A program made the translations under genes and the position numbers. This document shows, in pieces, positions 27,424-40,689 of a stretch of DNA of 64,000 nt. The notes under the pieces are model-generated. The model searched no databases and was not told the DNA's origin. It saw nothing but the letters and a program-made list of their open reading frames with translations. Numbering within the stretch: position 1 is the stretch's first letter; each line of letters begins with the position of its first letter. Origin of the DNA: Octopus sinensis (lineage: Eukaryota); assembly GCF_006345805.1 (NCBI RefSeq), contig NC_043009.1, forward strand, positions 3,782,001-3,846,000, in the 5' to 3' direction.

Positions 27424-27449
27424 GATCTTCCGACAGATATATGAGTGCA
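27356..27449. repeat. 22-bp inverted repeat around a (TA)n spacer
   Basis: TGCACTCATATATCTGTCAGAA (27356-27377) versus TTCCGACAGATATATGAGTGCA (27428-27449), 1 mismatch. Confidence 0.9.
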
Positions 27450-27698
27450 TCTTTTACTTGACTTATTGTCTCTTAGACGACTCTCACACACACAAATATA
27501 TATAAAACACGATGCCCAGAAGGAAAACGAAATACTTGCAAATAAATTGACCTCACAACAAATTGCCCCAAAGAAAATTTAATTGGCTTACTACTAACTG
27601 TATACTCAGAGTTCAAACAATTATATATATATAATATATATATATAATATATAATATATATCTATATATATATATACATACAATATATGCTATATATA

Positions 27699-27745
<47 letters not shown>

Positions 27746-28059
27746 ATATATATACATACATATATGCATATATATATGTATATCTTATATATATATATAT
27801 ATATATATAGAATATAATATATGTGTGTGTGGTGTGTGTGGGTGTGTGTGTTTATGTATGTATATGTATATATATATGTATATTTCTTTACACACACACA
27901 TACATATTCATACATACAACATTGCCGAAGTCCAATGAATGGAGCAATTTAAAGGTAAAAGAATAAAGACACACAAACCCACCTTGTGTGTGTGTTTCTG
28001 TGTTCCTCTATGTGTGTGTGTGTGTGTGTGTGTGACCACGTGTACGTGTGTGTTTATTC

Positions 28060-28203
28060 TTTTACCTTTAAATTCCTTTCTTCATTGGACCTCAACCATG
28101 TTGGGGTACACTGCCATGAAGGATTTTGTCGGACAAATCGACCCCAACACTTAAATTTTGCAAACATGGTACTTATTCTATCTGTTTTGCTGAAACGCAA
28201 AGA
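28060..28203 (-). mobile_element. Old SINE family A-like 3' fragment
   Basis: CCATGTTGGGGTACAC..AAATCGACCCC..GGTACTTATTCTATC. Confidence 0.6.
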
Positions 28204-28463
28204 TAATAGCTTGTAAACAAAATCAACACTAATTATCAAGAGATGGTAGGAGAGAAAAAATGTAATCATTTGCACACACATATACTCACATACACACACA
28301 CACACACACCCGCGCACACACTCACACAGCCACGCGTACTACACCCACACAAACGGAAATTTGTAAACCCATTAGTAAATATGAACAATGGGAAATGAGT
28401 ATCAAAACATTTTGAGATTGCGAAGGAACATCATGATTTTTGCATATCAAAATCTTTTTCTAG

Positions 28464-28578
<115 letters not shown>

Positions 28579-28785
28579 TATAAGGATAAGATCGTTATTT
28601 GAGCGTTCAAATAAAGAGGCAGCATAGAAAGTAAAATACCTTGTAGGTTACAATAATTATTAAAAGGATAAATAAGGGTATATAAGGGTACCACCATGCT
28701 TGAAATAGCAGGCAAAACCTGGCTCAAAAACCTTAGTTATAATTGTATATACATATTTTTTTTTTTATACAATAACTTGTATTAA

Positions 28786-28857
<72 letters not shown>

Positions 28858-28959
28858 TGTATGTATGTATTTATGTATGTATATATGTATCTATCTATCT
28901 ATCTATCTATCTATATGCGCGCATGTGTTGATCGTACTCATTGGCATGTTTATATTATT

Positions 28960-30150
28960 AATTTGACGAAGATGCTGATCATAATGAGGATCATGGTAAT
29001 ACTGATGATGCGTGGATGTGTGGATAGGAGAGTGTGAATACGCATCATGCCTAACGGAATTGCCGTGAATGAGATTGAACACGTTCTCCAAGAACCTAAT
29101 GATGCTACATCACTGTATGAGCCATATGAAGAAGAAGAAGAAGAAGAAGAAGAAGAAGAAGAAGAAGAGGAAGATGATGATGATGATGATGAAGAACTAG
29201 GAGAAGATGAAGAAGGAGGAGGAGGAGGAGATGGAGGACATGAAGACGAGGAAGAATAAATTGGAAGTTGTGCTAATACTAGTAGTAGCAGTAGTAGAGA
29301 TATTGTTGTTGTTGGTGGTGGTGACGGTGGTAGTGGAGGAGGTGCTGTGTTGGTGATGGTGGTAGTGTTGATGGTGGTGGTGGGAAAGTTGTTGACAAGA
29401 GATATCATTGTCACCATCAGAGTTATCAGAATCTTCTTACGCCCCCTTAACCTCTCCCTCCTCCACCTTCTCCTCCTCACCATTATCATCATCAGTGTCA
29501 TCATAGCCTCGTTACTATCCTCATGCTGATTGTTATGACTTTGCTGATGTAAATAATATTGTTTTGTGATATTGTTATTGACGATGATCATGATGATGAT
29601 GATGATGTTTTTAAGATGATGTAGATTGTGGTGATGGTGATGCTGATGATTCCAGAGATCATAATGAATGACGGAGGTAATACTATTGCTGCTGAAGTCA
29701 TGACGATTATAATGATGGAGAAGATAAGGATGATGTTGATAATGATGATGATGATGATGATGACGATGTGGAGGAGGAGGAGGAGGAGGATAATGACGAC
29801 AACGACGACGGTGATGATAATGTTGTAGACTATGACGACGGCAATGACCGAGGTGATGATGACGACGACGACGATGATCATCATTATCATCATCATGATC
29901 ATAATAATGAGGATGATAATGATGATGAAGTTGAAGATGAGGATGATGATGATGATAATGATGATGATGTTATCGATATTTCTGGAGGTGGTGATGAAGT
30001 TGATGGAGATTGTATGAGCAGTGATGATGGTAATAATGGTGAAGACGATGATGACGACGACGACGACGACGATGATGATGATGAGGATGATGATGATGAT
30101 GATGGTGTTGGAAATGGTTAATATGGTGATAATGATGACGAAATCAGTAG
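28960..30150. repeat. Cryptic trinucleotide mosaic (GAA/GAT/GGA/GGT/GAC)
   Basis: Direct reading. Confidence 0.9.
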
Positions 30151-30546
30151 AGGTGCGTGAAGTACGGTAAATATCAGTTCCAACTAGAAGCCTTATTTGT
30201 GCGATTTTCAATTTCAGGAATACATAGAAATAATGGTATTCTGAGGAAATGGAATAGTGGTAACAATTGATTCCTGATAGAGTCATATTATCCATTTAGA
30301 AAGACACAACACTGTTATATTTAGTTTTGCTTTTGTAAAAGTATATAACCTATTACATAAACACAAGCACGCACACACACACACACACACAACATATACA
30401 TGCACATATGTATACTTGCATACATACATGCATACATACGTATATATCTTTATATATATTATATCAATATATATATGTATATATAATATATATAATATCA
30501 ATATATATATATATATAATATAATATTATATTATCATATATATATG

Positions 30547-30588
<42 letters not shown>

Positions 30589-30798
30589 GTGTTGTTATAT
30601 ATGTCACACACAGACGGCATAACTATGCGGGTATTTATCTACATATCTATGTATGGGTATATGTGTCTTTAAGTTAGCACATAAGTAGATAGATACACAT
30701 ACAGTACATAACCCCAATTTATTTACTCACACACACAAGCAACAAACAAACACACACGCACATATATATATATGTATAAATATATGTATGTATGTATT

Positions 30799-30895
<97 letters not shown>

Positions 30896-31494
30896 ATCAG
30901 TAGAATAATTTATTGAAGCATCGTCAAATAGACGTAAAAGTGCCTTGGAATAACTCCACTGAAATTAGAAAGCAACGTGAAAACAATCGAAACATAAGGA
31001 ATGATTTATATATATTTTTTTCAATTTATCTTGGGTTATTTTGTACTTATCATGAGAAGACCTTTACCGACTTCAGCTTCATTTCAAAACTTGTGTAGAG
31101 ATTTTGGTGCAAGAGTTTGTATCAGCACTGAAATATGTAATTCGTGCCAGACGATGGAATATAGTTTATCGTTTAGAAATAAAACTAAGTTTTACTCTTC
31201 AAATTTTTCTCAGCCGCTCCCACGTTTTGCTGGTGAGCGTGATTTTCGTATTATGACTTACGGTTTGACGTTTTTCTAACAGTAGGTAGAAACCGCAGCT
31301 AAGGAGCGTCTGGAAATTTTGAAGTATGTTAGTCTTGTCTGTTGTTGATGGTAGTATTTCACTATTTTTTTATATGTTTATGTACTGAATTTACCGCTCC
31401 CTAGAATACGCAGTGAACTTGATATTTCTAGTATGTCATCAGTCCTGGCGTTTCTGAAAAGTGATGCATATACCAGTACAGTGCTATGTATTAG

Positions 31495-31630
31495 ATTGAC
31501 GCACAGTGACAGTTGTAGATGGAAAATTGGAATGACGTTTCGAGCATGGCTCTTCATCGCAAAGTGGAAAAAGTCAAGCCAGGAGTAGAAGGAGTGAGGA
31601 ACCGATAGTTCGAGAAAAGCACGTGTGTTG
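31495..31630 (-). mobile_element. Penelope-like repeat family P2 with degenerate hammerhead motif
   Basis: Minus strand at 31534-31563 reads TTTGCGATGA A GAGC CAT GCTC GAAA CGTC. Resembles 39885-40050. Confidence 0.55.
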
Positions 31631-31681
31631 TAACATTGTTGAAATGCTGAAATATGAAAATATATACATACATACACACAA

Positions 31682-31751
<70 letters not shown>

Positions 31752-31757
31752 TATATA

Positions 31758-31994
31758 TAGAGTTGGCCAAAAGTCACCTGGCAGTAAATTAAAACCATTT
31801 AATTCCAAGATTAAAACAAAAAGTATTTTATATGAGAATTCGCTAATAAATAGACAAATGTTGAAAACAAAAACTGTGATTTTAACTTACGACATTCAAT
31901 TATTAAACATTAATAATTGGAATGAATAAATAAGATTGAATATTAGGTACTTATGGAATTTAATTTACAGTCGGGTGGCCCTTGGTCAACCCTG
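31758..31994. mobile_element. Tc1/mariner-type MITE
   Basis: Left TAGAGTTGGCCAAAAGTCACCTG and right CGGGTGGCCCTTGGTCAACCCTG form imperfect TIRs in a TA context. Confidence 0.6.
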
Positions 31995-32597
31995 TGTGTC
32001 TGTATCTTACGCAATACATGAAATATTTATTTGTTTATAAAGGGATCGTATAAGCTCTTAAAGTTATGTCCATATAGTGGATGGAACAACTGGTCAACAT
32101 ACATATGATATAAGTGTACTGTGAGGCATTTTCTCGAAAACAGTGCAGATTATGACAATGGTATATTGAGACCCACGCTTTTGGATCCTTTAGTGGATTC
32201 TGTTGTCAACATGCGACAGATTTATCAAACTATCAACACCACCTTTTTTTTTAATGTACATTAGAAAGACCGTGTATGTTAACAAATGACTGGTTTTCTG
32301 TCTTGTCTTCTCTTAACTGCTATATTCAACCGTTTGGTTAAACTAAATAATATTCATTACGTGTGTATGTGGACATAACATTAATTCGGACACAGATCAA
32401 TTGCGCACAAACAGAGTCTTACAAAGCGTTTTGCTTTCGGAGGTGGTATCACCGAATTACTTCCCAAATGTTCGTTGGTAAAATATATATCAGAAAACAG
32501 TCTTCACTAGATCTTAAGGAAAGATCATCATCAATAGCCGAATAGCTTTTATACACCTGGATTCGGATTTTGTTGTTTTCTGTATATTTCAACTATA

Positions 32598-32650
<53 letters not shown>

Positions 32651-32689
32651 CATACATATATGTGTATATATATACACACACATATATAC

Positions 32690-33110
32690 ACTCTTTACCC
32701 TTTACTATTTTACTTCTTTCGGTCATTTGACTGCGGTCATGCTAGAGCACCGTCTTTAGTCGAGCAAATCGATCCCAAAATTAATTCTTTATAAGCCTAG
32801 TACTTATTCTATCGGTCTCTTTTACCGAACAGCTAAGTTACGGGGACGTAAAACACCGGCATCGTTTGTCAAAATATATTGTGGGGACAAACACAGACAC
32901 ACAAACATATACACACACATATATACACATACATATACATATATACGACGGGCTTCTTTCGTTTTCCGCCTACCAAATCCCTTCACAAGGCTTTACTATA
33001 GCCAGAGGCTATAGTAAAAGACACTTGCTCAAGGTGCCACGCAGTGGGACTGAACCCGGAACCATGTTCTTGGTAAGCAAGCTACTTACTACACATCCAC
33101 TCCTACACCT
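32690..33110 (-). mobile_element. SINE family A, full length
   Basis: Head through tail present. Confidence 0.9.
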
Positions 33111-33214
33111 ATAGTTAAAATTGTCTGTGTGCCTATGAATATATTTATATATATATATGAGTGTATAATATATGATGTAATATAATATATTATATTCACG
33201 CACTTACATACATA

Positions 33215-33665
33215 TCTCTTATTATAAAAGGCAGATTTTATCTGCCTCCCTTTGGGAGTTATACAAATCTCCAATATAGGATTTCTTCAATTACAATTTA
33301 CCTAGCATTTTTGAGAGTACAATGCATCGCGTCATGCCAGGTCCAGTTTTTAAAATTTAAACTCCAATTAAGCAAAATTTACAGAAAACTCACACTCTGG
33401 TGTGTGTGTGTCAAATGCTTTTCTTAGTCTGGTTTACACCACACGCAAACGCACACACACAGTGTGCGACGAATAAAATGAAAGTAAATGTAATATTTGT
33501 TTCTGTCTATCACGCTGATAGATACATGAGTAAAATGTATGGGAAGCTAACAGATAACAGTGAGTGAAAATGTTCTTGGAAGAGAGTAAATTAGCGACAG
33601 AGTGATTTGAGCAAGACTAAACTGAAAGTATGAAACAGTGTTTATGTATAAACAGACGACACTTA
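33215..33665 (+). mobile_element. Helitron-like 5' portion
   Basis: A|TCTCTTATTATAAAAGGCAG start (TC after A). No 3' CTAG end of its own. Confidence 0.45.
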
Positions 33666-33671
33666 TATAAA

Positions 33672-33995
33672 CCCTTTCGTTACCAAACCGCCCGAATTTA
33701 CCTATTCATATTTAAATGAGAATATCAGAGTAAATCTCTTAGTATATTCGTGAAAACACGTATTATACTTCGTAAACACTTCAAATACAGGTTTTGTACG
33801 AAAATCGAAGTGTATTTTAATTCCGTGAATTATGGAGATTTTTTTCCGAAATTTGTTCCTATTGTGTTTTCAAAATTTGTAATTCTGGACAAAAAATGGA
33901 TACGAATTTCATTATATCAAGCAAGCGAGTCAGAATTCGAAGGATTTTCTACTGAAGACCTTCATAAATCTAAATCTATGACTGAAAAAAAATAA
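33672..33995 (+). mobile_element. piggyBac-like MITE left end (truncated)
   Basis: TAAA-CCCTTTCGTTACC resembles TTAA-CCCTTT piggyBac termini. Right TIR absent. Confidence 0.4.
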
Positions 33996-33998
33996 GCA

Positions 33999-34406
33999 TC
34001 TTTATTTAAGAGTGAAGTTGTGTGTCTGTCCCCTTCGATTTAGATTCGTAACTACTCCCACATTTTGCCGTGCAGTTTAACAACCAAAAGCGGGTATCTT
34101 ATAGTCGTGATTCATATCGAGCCCTTCTGGGTATTAGCGCGCGTCTACGATGAGTCTACGATTAAAAAAAAATTACCATCATATTTTTCCATTTGAATGC
34201 ATTTTTTTTTTCGCTTTTATATAAGGGAAGTAACTCTCTAAAAATATCTACGATGTGTCAACGATTTAAAAAAAGAATTTACCTTAATTTTTTTTCAATT
34301 TTTAATTTTTAATGCATTTTTTTGCTATTTTTTGGCTATAACTCTCTAAAAATGCTTATATAGTTATTTCCCTTACAATCCGAGCAACGCCGGGCGATAC
34401 TGCTAG
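33999..34406 (+). mobile_element. Non-autonomous Helitron
   Basis: A|TC 5' end at 33999, subterminal hairpin CCGAGCAACGCCGG, CTAG|T 3' end at 34403-34407. Confidence 0.8.
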
Positions 34407-34469
34407 TATAATATATATATATATTATATATATATAATATATATCTATAATATATATATATATATATTA

Positions 34470-34502
<33 letters not shown>

Positions 34503-34528
34503 AGTCGTACATATACATACATAGGATC

Positions 34529-34573
<45 letters not shown>

Positions 34574-34579
34574 AATATA

Positions 34580-34612
<33 letters not shown>

Positions 34613-35252
34613 ATATAATATTTATGTATAAAGACATTGTTATATAGGTATGTAGATCCTCAAGCGTGTTGAACCAGTGTCGTTAGGCTAAAGTTAACGC
34701 TTTAAAATTTGCACAGCTTCAACAAAGTGATACATTGGAGTTGAAAGGGAATTTAAATCAGGATGAAGAATGTAAATAAACTAACGTGTTGATGCGCTAT
34801 GCTAAAAAGAACTTCCTGGCTCGTTGTCAGTTATAAAATATTCTCAAGGGAGATAACCACTGCAAATGATTTTGTTTCGGTATGAACGTTGTCCTTTCAT
34901 AAAAAATATAAGCAAATATTAACTACCAAAGAAAGAACCTCAAGGGGAAATATAAAACAACAACAACAACAAAAAAAAAGGGGAAACATAAAATTCTGCA
35001 TGAAAACAATCAGCTTACACCTGCTTGAATGCACTGTTTTCTTCGGGGTGGTTGTACCTACTTATATTGTGTAAACTTATCGACGAGTGTATGTTTATCG
35101 ATCACCGCCGACTTGGCATTTATATGGCATTTATAATTTGTGTGGTGCCAGAGTGGTTTTCACAATCAGAGCAAATAGTTGTACAATACAGAATTAAAGC
35201 TTTTGCAAAGAAACTCGGCTTTCAATAATTCATGGCTCTTCATTATAATCCT

Positions 35253-35254
<2 letters not shown>

Positions 35255-35331
<77 letters not shown>

Positions 35332-35425
35332 GTCTGTCTGTATGTTTGTATGTCTGTCTGTCTGTCTATCTGTCTATCTATCTATCTATCTATCTATCAA
35401 TCTGTCTGTCTGTCTTGCTATCTAT

Positions 35426-35462
<37 letters not shown>

Positions 35463-35800
35463 AATCTATCGATCTATCGATCTATCTAATTGGCAGTTAC
35501 ATGTAAAGTCACAAACACACACATATATGTTGTGTGTGTGTGTGTGTATGCTTGTGTTTGTGTAAGCATATGTACAGATATCGAAAGATAAACATACAAA
35601 CAGACACACATATAGAGATAGATAGATAGATAGATAAACAGAAAGACATACAGATAGCTAGATAGGTACATAGATAGTAAGAAAGATAAACAGACAGACA
35701 GATAGATAGACAGATAGATAGATAGATAGATGATAGATACATACATACATACATACATACATACATACATACATACATACACACATACATACATACATAC
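35255..35800. repeat. (ATCT)n, (GATA)n and (CATA)n tracts
   Basis: Direct reading. Confidence 0.9.
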
Positions 35801-36100
35801 TTTGCAACTGAAAATATGAAATACCTACTGAAGATTTTCTTGCAACTAATCATAATTCAATAGCTATAAGTTAAGTCAACACTGAAGATATTCATATATT
35901 ATATTTATGATATAACCGACTCTTTCCTAATTTTGAATAGACTCAATGCTTTATTGATTCAACAAATAGAATAAACCTATACACACTTCCGTTTTTACAT
36001 TTATACATTTATACGCATTCATATAGACAGACGCTCACACACATGTAAAATATATGACATATCTGTATTTATATTGATATATGTATAGATATATATATAA

Positions 36101-36303
36101 AGTTAATCCAAACAAGAAAACAAAAAAACAACAACGCGAGGATGTGAAATAAATAAAGTATTATTGGACGCTCAGGAAAGAAGGGAAGAAGGAGGGTTTA
36201 ACGTTTCGAGCGGAGCTCTTCGTCGGAAACATAGGAGTAGGAAAGATCCCGAGACGGGAGGACAGAGGAAAAAAAATCGCCGATGGTATTCACGAGGTCA
36301 CAT
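36101..36303 (-). mobile_element. Penelope-like repeat family P1
   Basis: Minus strand TTT CCGACGA A GAGC TCC GCTC GAAA CGTT AAAC (36198-36232; core U4 mutated). Confidence 0.7.
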
Positions 36304-36698
36304 ACTAAAAAAAAACAAACAAAAAAAAACATATATATATAGATGTATGTATAGGGAAAGAGAGAAAGAGAGACAGAAGGAGAGCCGGGGAGTATAAAAC
36401 CTGGTATAAAAGAACGAAATGGAGTTACACAAGGAACGCGCGAGACACACAATACGTGTGGACGTAAACAGGTTCAAACTATTGAGCTGATGTTCGACTG
36501 GGTATCATAACAATTTCGACACCTTCTGGCTAAATCTTTTAATCCAGCGACGTAAACAACATAGAGATGTTATGCTATAGACAGGTAGGTACAGAAATTG
36601 AACGAAGTTAGAGAAATACTAGTGTGTTGAGTATTAAGGAAAGTATATACAAAATATATACTGAAAAGAAGTAGAAATCATATTTAGTAGATGCATGT

Positions 36699-36731
<33 letters not shown>

Positions 36732-36833
36732 CACACACACACCACACACACAACGCACACACACACACATACACACACACACACACTCACACACTCACAC
36801 ATTTATGCACACACGTTCATACACACATGTACA

Positions 36834-37229
36834 TACTCTTTTACTTGTTTCAGTCATTTGACTGCGGCCATGCTGGAGCACCTTAGTCGAGCAACTCGAT
36901 ACCGGGACTTATTCTTTGTAAGCCTAGTACTTATTCTATCGGTCTCTTTTACCGAACAGCTATGTTACGGGGATGTAAACACACCAGCATCGGTTGTCAA
37001 GCGATGTTGGGGAGACAAACACAGACACACAAACATATACACACACATGCATATATACATATAATATATACGACGGGCTTCTTTCAGTTTCCGTCTACCA
37101 AATCCACACATAAGGCTTTGGTCAGCCCGAGGCTATAGTAGAAGACACTTGCCCAAGTTGACACGCAGTGGGCCTGAACCCGAGACCATGTGGTTGGTAA
37201 GCAAGCTATTTACCACATAGCCACTCCTG
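36834..37229 (-). mobile_element. SINE family A, full length
   Basis: Head through tail present. Confidence 0.9.
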
Positions 37230-37400
37230 TTAAACCGTTGCATTTTGTATTTTCTCGACTCTGGAGTTATCAGTAAAAGAAATGCTAGTTCGTATAGAAC
37301 ACAGTTTCATGAATTGATAAATGTGTTTGTATATTTTAGTGTAAAGTGAACAGTTCTATCTCCACAGTTATTCTGTGGTATTAATTCAAGACTAAAAGAT

Positions 37401-37828
37401 GGATCTTTTCGGTTTGACCGGCAGTTTTATAAAACAATTTCCACGTAACTAAACACTTTGAAACTTTGTATACTGGTAGAATGTGTTTATAAAACATCTT
37501 TTTCTCTTGGCTTTATTGCGAAAATTCTATAGTTTGCAAGATATTTGTTGTGCTTTTCTTTAATTTCTGCAATTTCAACCAATCAATGACGTCTATTGCG
37601 GTGAAAACATTCTGTGCCGTATGAATATGTCCCTTGTTTAAGAAACAGATTGGGTTTATTTACATTTATGAAGAAAAAAAGATACCCTTCCCCCCACCCT
37701 TAACCCTAACTCTAACCCTAACCCTAAAACAGATTGAAATGCAATAGATCGATACTAGGGTCATAATTATGGGTGACAATTTCATATGACACCGATAGAA
37801 AAAACTGCCGTTCAAACCGAAAAGATCC
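37401..37828. mobile_element. 428-bp MITE with 28-bp TIRs and 9-bp TSD (Merlin- or MULE-like), containing telomere-like repeats
   Basis: GGATCTTTTCGGTTTGACCGGCAGTTTT / AAAACTGCCGTTCAAACCGAAAAGATCC. TSD CTAAAAGAT (37392-37400) / CTAAAAGAG (37829-37837). (TAACCC)n at 37700-37727. Confidence 0.85.
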
Positions 37829-39194
37829 CTAAAAGAGATAGGTCTCGGCGTCCTAACTTCATGTAGCTCAATGTAGTAGCAATATAACTGAAAGTTATGT
37901 GTAAATTAAACGTTCAGATCTTTATGCCTGGCATGAGGCCTAGCTTTATGTGAAAAAGTAAATATGTACCAATAATATTTGTATCCTGATTAATCAAACC
38001 CTTAATGATGAGGTTTGTCACGGACGAAGTACTATCTGTACACACCCCAAAATACAGTCGTCGTAAATACACTCTTTTACAAAACTACTATCAAGGAATC
38101 AAACACAACTCACGTGTTCCGAAAGTTCTGTGGACTATAACAATTGTCATTTCATTTAATGAAATGAATAAATGCTAGCAGTTGAACTTTGCAGCTAATA
38201 TCGTTTGACTTGGCGACTTGTAAAGCAAAATTCAATTTCTTTACTTCAATCGAAGCATGCTCTTCTGTGTTATAAGATGTGTCACTTAATCTGCTTCTTC
38301 CAAATGTATTATTGGATTATAGAGGAATTTTGGCATTTCTTTGTTCAGCTTCATTACCGAACATTGTTCTAACAGTGAAGCTGTAGTGGAGCAAAATAAG
38401 TGACTCACTAATAATATGCACTATCACTTTGCTTTGAGATTTCATCATAGTGGATTCATTAAAATATAAGTACTGGGTAGGTTTCTGCTGGAGCAATGTT
38501 CTGAACTAGACGAACTAATATTGAAAGCTCTATCTAAAATTGTTTCTTTCCAGAAGAACTTCAATCGAATGCTCAATCTCAAATTGTTATTTTAAGATCG
38601 TCAACAATGTTAATACGGATATCGTTATAATTCCTGTTTGTTATATTCCATCCGGTTCTTTACGTTCAGAGATCAAACCTAACACAGCACTTTGGTTTTT
38701 TTCTTTCCCTTTTTTCTTTTTTTAATCAAATAAATAACGAAGCAGTCAAGAACTGAAGTTGATGTTATCAACGACTCCTCATCCCCGTCTTACTATTCAG
38801 GTGCGCCAATTAGAAATTTCATACAACCTTTGATAAGTTGTTTCTTACAGCTCTTAATGTTCTTAGTTCTAATACTTCGAAGAAGAATTTGCATTTCAAT
38901 ATTCTAAGGCCTATAAATTAAAGTACCAGTCAGAATTTTATAATAGCAGCTTGCAGACCTCAAAGCATAACAGAGATACGATTTTCGGAACAAAAGTATA
39001 AGATAAAAGCATGAAATATAACATAATTTAACCGTTAAATATTTTTTCTTCAATATCGTTGAGGATTTTAATAATTATAATGTCACATGTTCCTTTGCAA
39101 CCTTCTGCAAAATGCTCATAGTTATCATTTCATCCTAAACGAGGATATTGTATATTATTGTCATTTTTATTTCATTCGAATCTATCCCATTTGA

Positions 39195-39348
39195 CTGAGG
39201 TGCATGAAGTTACGTGCATGACACGGGAGTGCCAACTCAGATTATATGACCATGTTGCTCGATTTTCCGTGTTAGATGCTGCTCGCCGTCTTCCCATCAT
39301 TGAGTATCCGGCTTGGTTGACGGATCGTGTAGGTCGACCACATGCCAT
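39195..39348 (+). mobile_element. RTE-clade LINE C-terminal fragment
   Basis: VTCMTRECQLRLYDHVARF..DAARRL..W...VGRP matches the RTE R.RQLR.YGHVAR...GRP motif. Confidence 0.7.
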
Positions 39349-39660
39349 GCTTATGAGTGGATTTGGTAGACGGAAACTCAAGGAAGCCCGTCGTATATAT
39401 GTATATGTATATATATATGTATATGTTGGTAAATGTGTGTGTATCTGTCTTTGTCCTCCACTCAACATCGCTTAACAACCAATGGTGGTGTGTTTACGTC
39501 CCCGTGACCTGGCGGTTCGAGAAAAAGTGAGCGATAGAATAAGTACGAGGCTTACAAAGAATAAGTTCTGAGGTCTATTTGCTTTACTAAGGTCGGTGCT
39601 CCAGCATGGCCGCAGTCAAATGACTGAAACAAGTGAAAGAGTAAAAGAGTAAAGAGTAAA
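39349..39660 (+). mobile_element. SINE family A body and tail, lacking the tRNA head
   Basis: GAGTGGATTTGGTAGACGGAAACT...GACTGAAACAAGTGAAAGAGTAAAAGAG. Confidence 0.9.
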
Positions 39661-39777
39661 GGGTATACTTCAGGTTGTTCTCCTTAATCTGCATAGGATT
39701 GATAATTGTGAACCGATGGTCTCTGCGGATGCTATGAATTTGCTTAGGAGAAGGGCAAGATCGGTGGATCACTTCCG

Positions 39778-39835
<58 letters not shown>

Positions 39836-39884
39836 TTTATGTATGTATAGTCAAATCGAACGATAGAAAATTAAAAATAACAAT

Positions 39885-40050
39885 AACAAAACAAGGGTTA
39901 GTGCACATGAATGTTCTAGCTTAACGCTCGGTAAATATGGAAAAAAGACAGGGTTTCTGACGACGTTTCGAGCCTAGCTCTTCGTCAGAAAAGAGAACAG
40001 AAAAAGTCCTGAGAAGGAAAAATATTACCAAGAGCACACGTGTGGTTACA
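39885..40050 (-). mobile_element. Penelope-like repeat family P2
   Basis: Contains a hammerhead-like motif. Resembles 31495-31630. Confidence 0.6.
39951..39993 (-). ncRNA. Minimal type I hammerhead-like ribozyme motif
   Basis: TTTT-CTGACGA-A-GAGC TAG GCTC-GAAA-C GTC GTC-AGAA: intact core, GUC triplet, 4-bp helix I including a G-U pair. Confidence 0.6.
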
Positions 40051-40199
40051 TGGCTGAATTGAGCGGAAGTTGAAAGAGATGGAGAATGTGTTTTTTTTTA
40101 ATTTTTATCCAGGAGAGTGAGAGGACTAGTGTGTGTATGTGTGTGTCTGCGTGTGTGTGTGCGTGTGTGAACGAGAGGGGCTTGCATGCCGTTTGCATG

Positions 40200-40328
40200 A
40201 ATCAATTTCACTTACAAATCGCTGATTCGATTAGGCCTAGTGTAGAAGGTACATAGTAAGTTGCCGTTCTGCGGAACTGGACTTGAAACCGCATGGTTTG
40301 CAAGGCAAGATTCTTAACTACACAGTCA
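40200..40328 (-). mobile_element. Old SINE family A-like 5' half
   Basis: GAAACCGCATGGTTTGCAAGGCAAG..AACTACACAGTCAT. Confidence 0.5.
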
Positions 40329-40450
40329 TAACACACACTAAATTAAATCAGTGCTTCATTACATTTACTCTGCTTAAATACTTCTCTATAGCATTTCTTC
40401 CTCCTTCTATCTGGCTCTCCTCCCCAATTCTGCTCTCATTCTCACTCACG

Positions 40451-40486
<36 letters not shown>

Positions 40487-40689
40487 CACACATACACACA
40501 CACGCACACACACACACGCACACACACACACACACGCACATGCACACGTACATACACACAATATTCATCTTCCTTCTGAACATCTGACGTGTTTACAGAA
40601 CAATATTTCATGTTTAAATAAACAACTTGAACTTTTTTTTTCAACGTCTCCGATATTTAAAACCTGGAGAAGCTCCATATATTTAACGA

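Noticed and set aside
37700-37727. True telomere or chromosome-fusion scar
   Set aside because: Only ~28 bp and enclosed within a MITE's TIRs.
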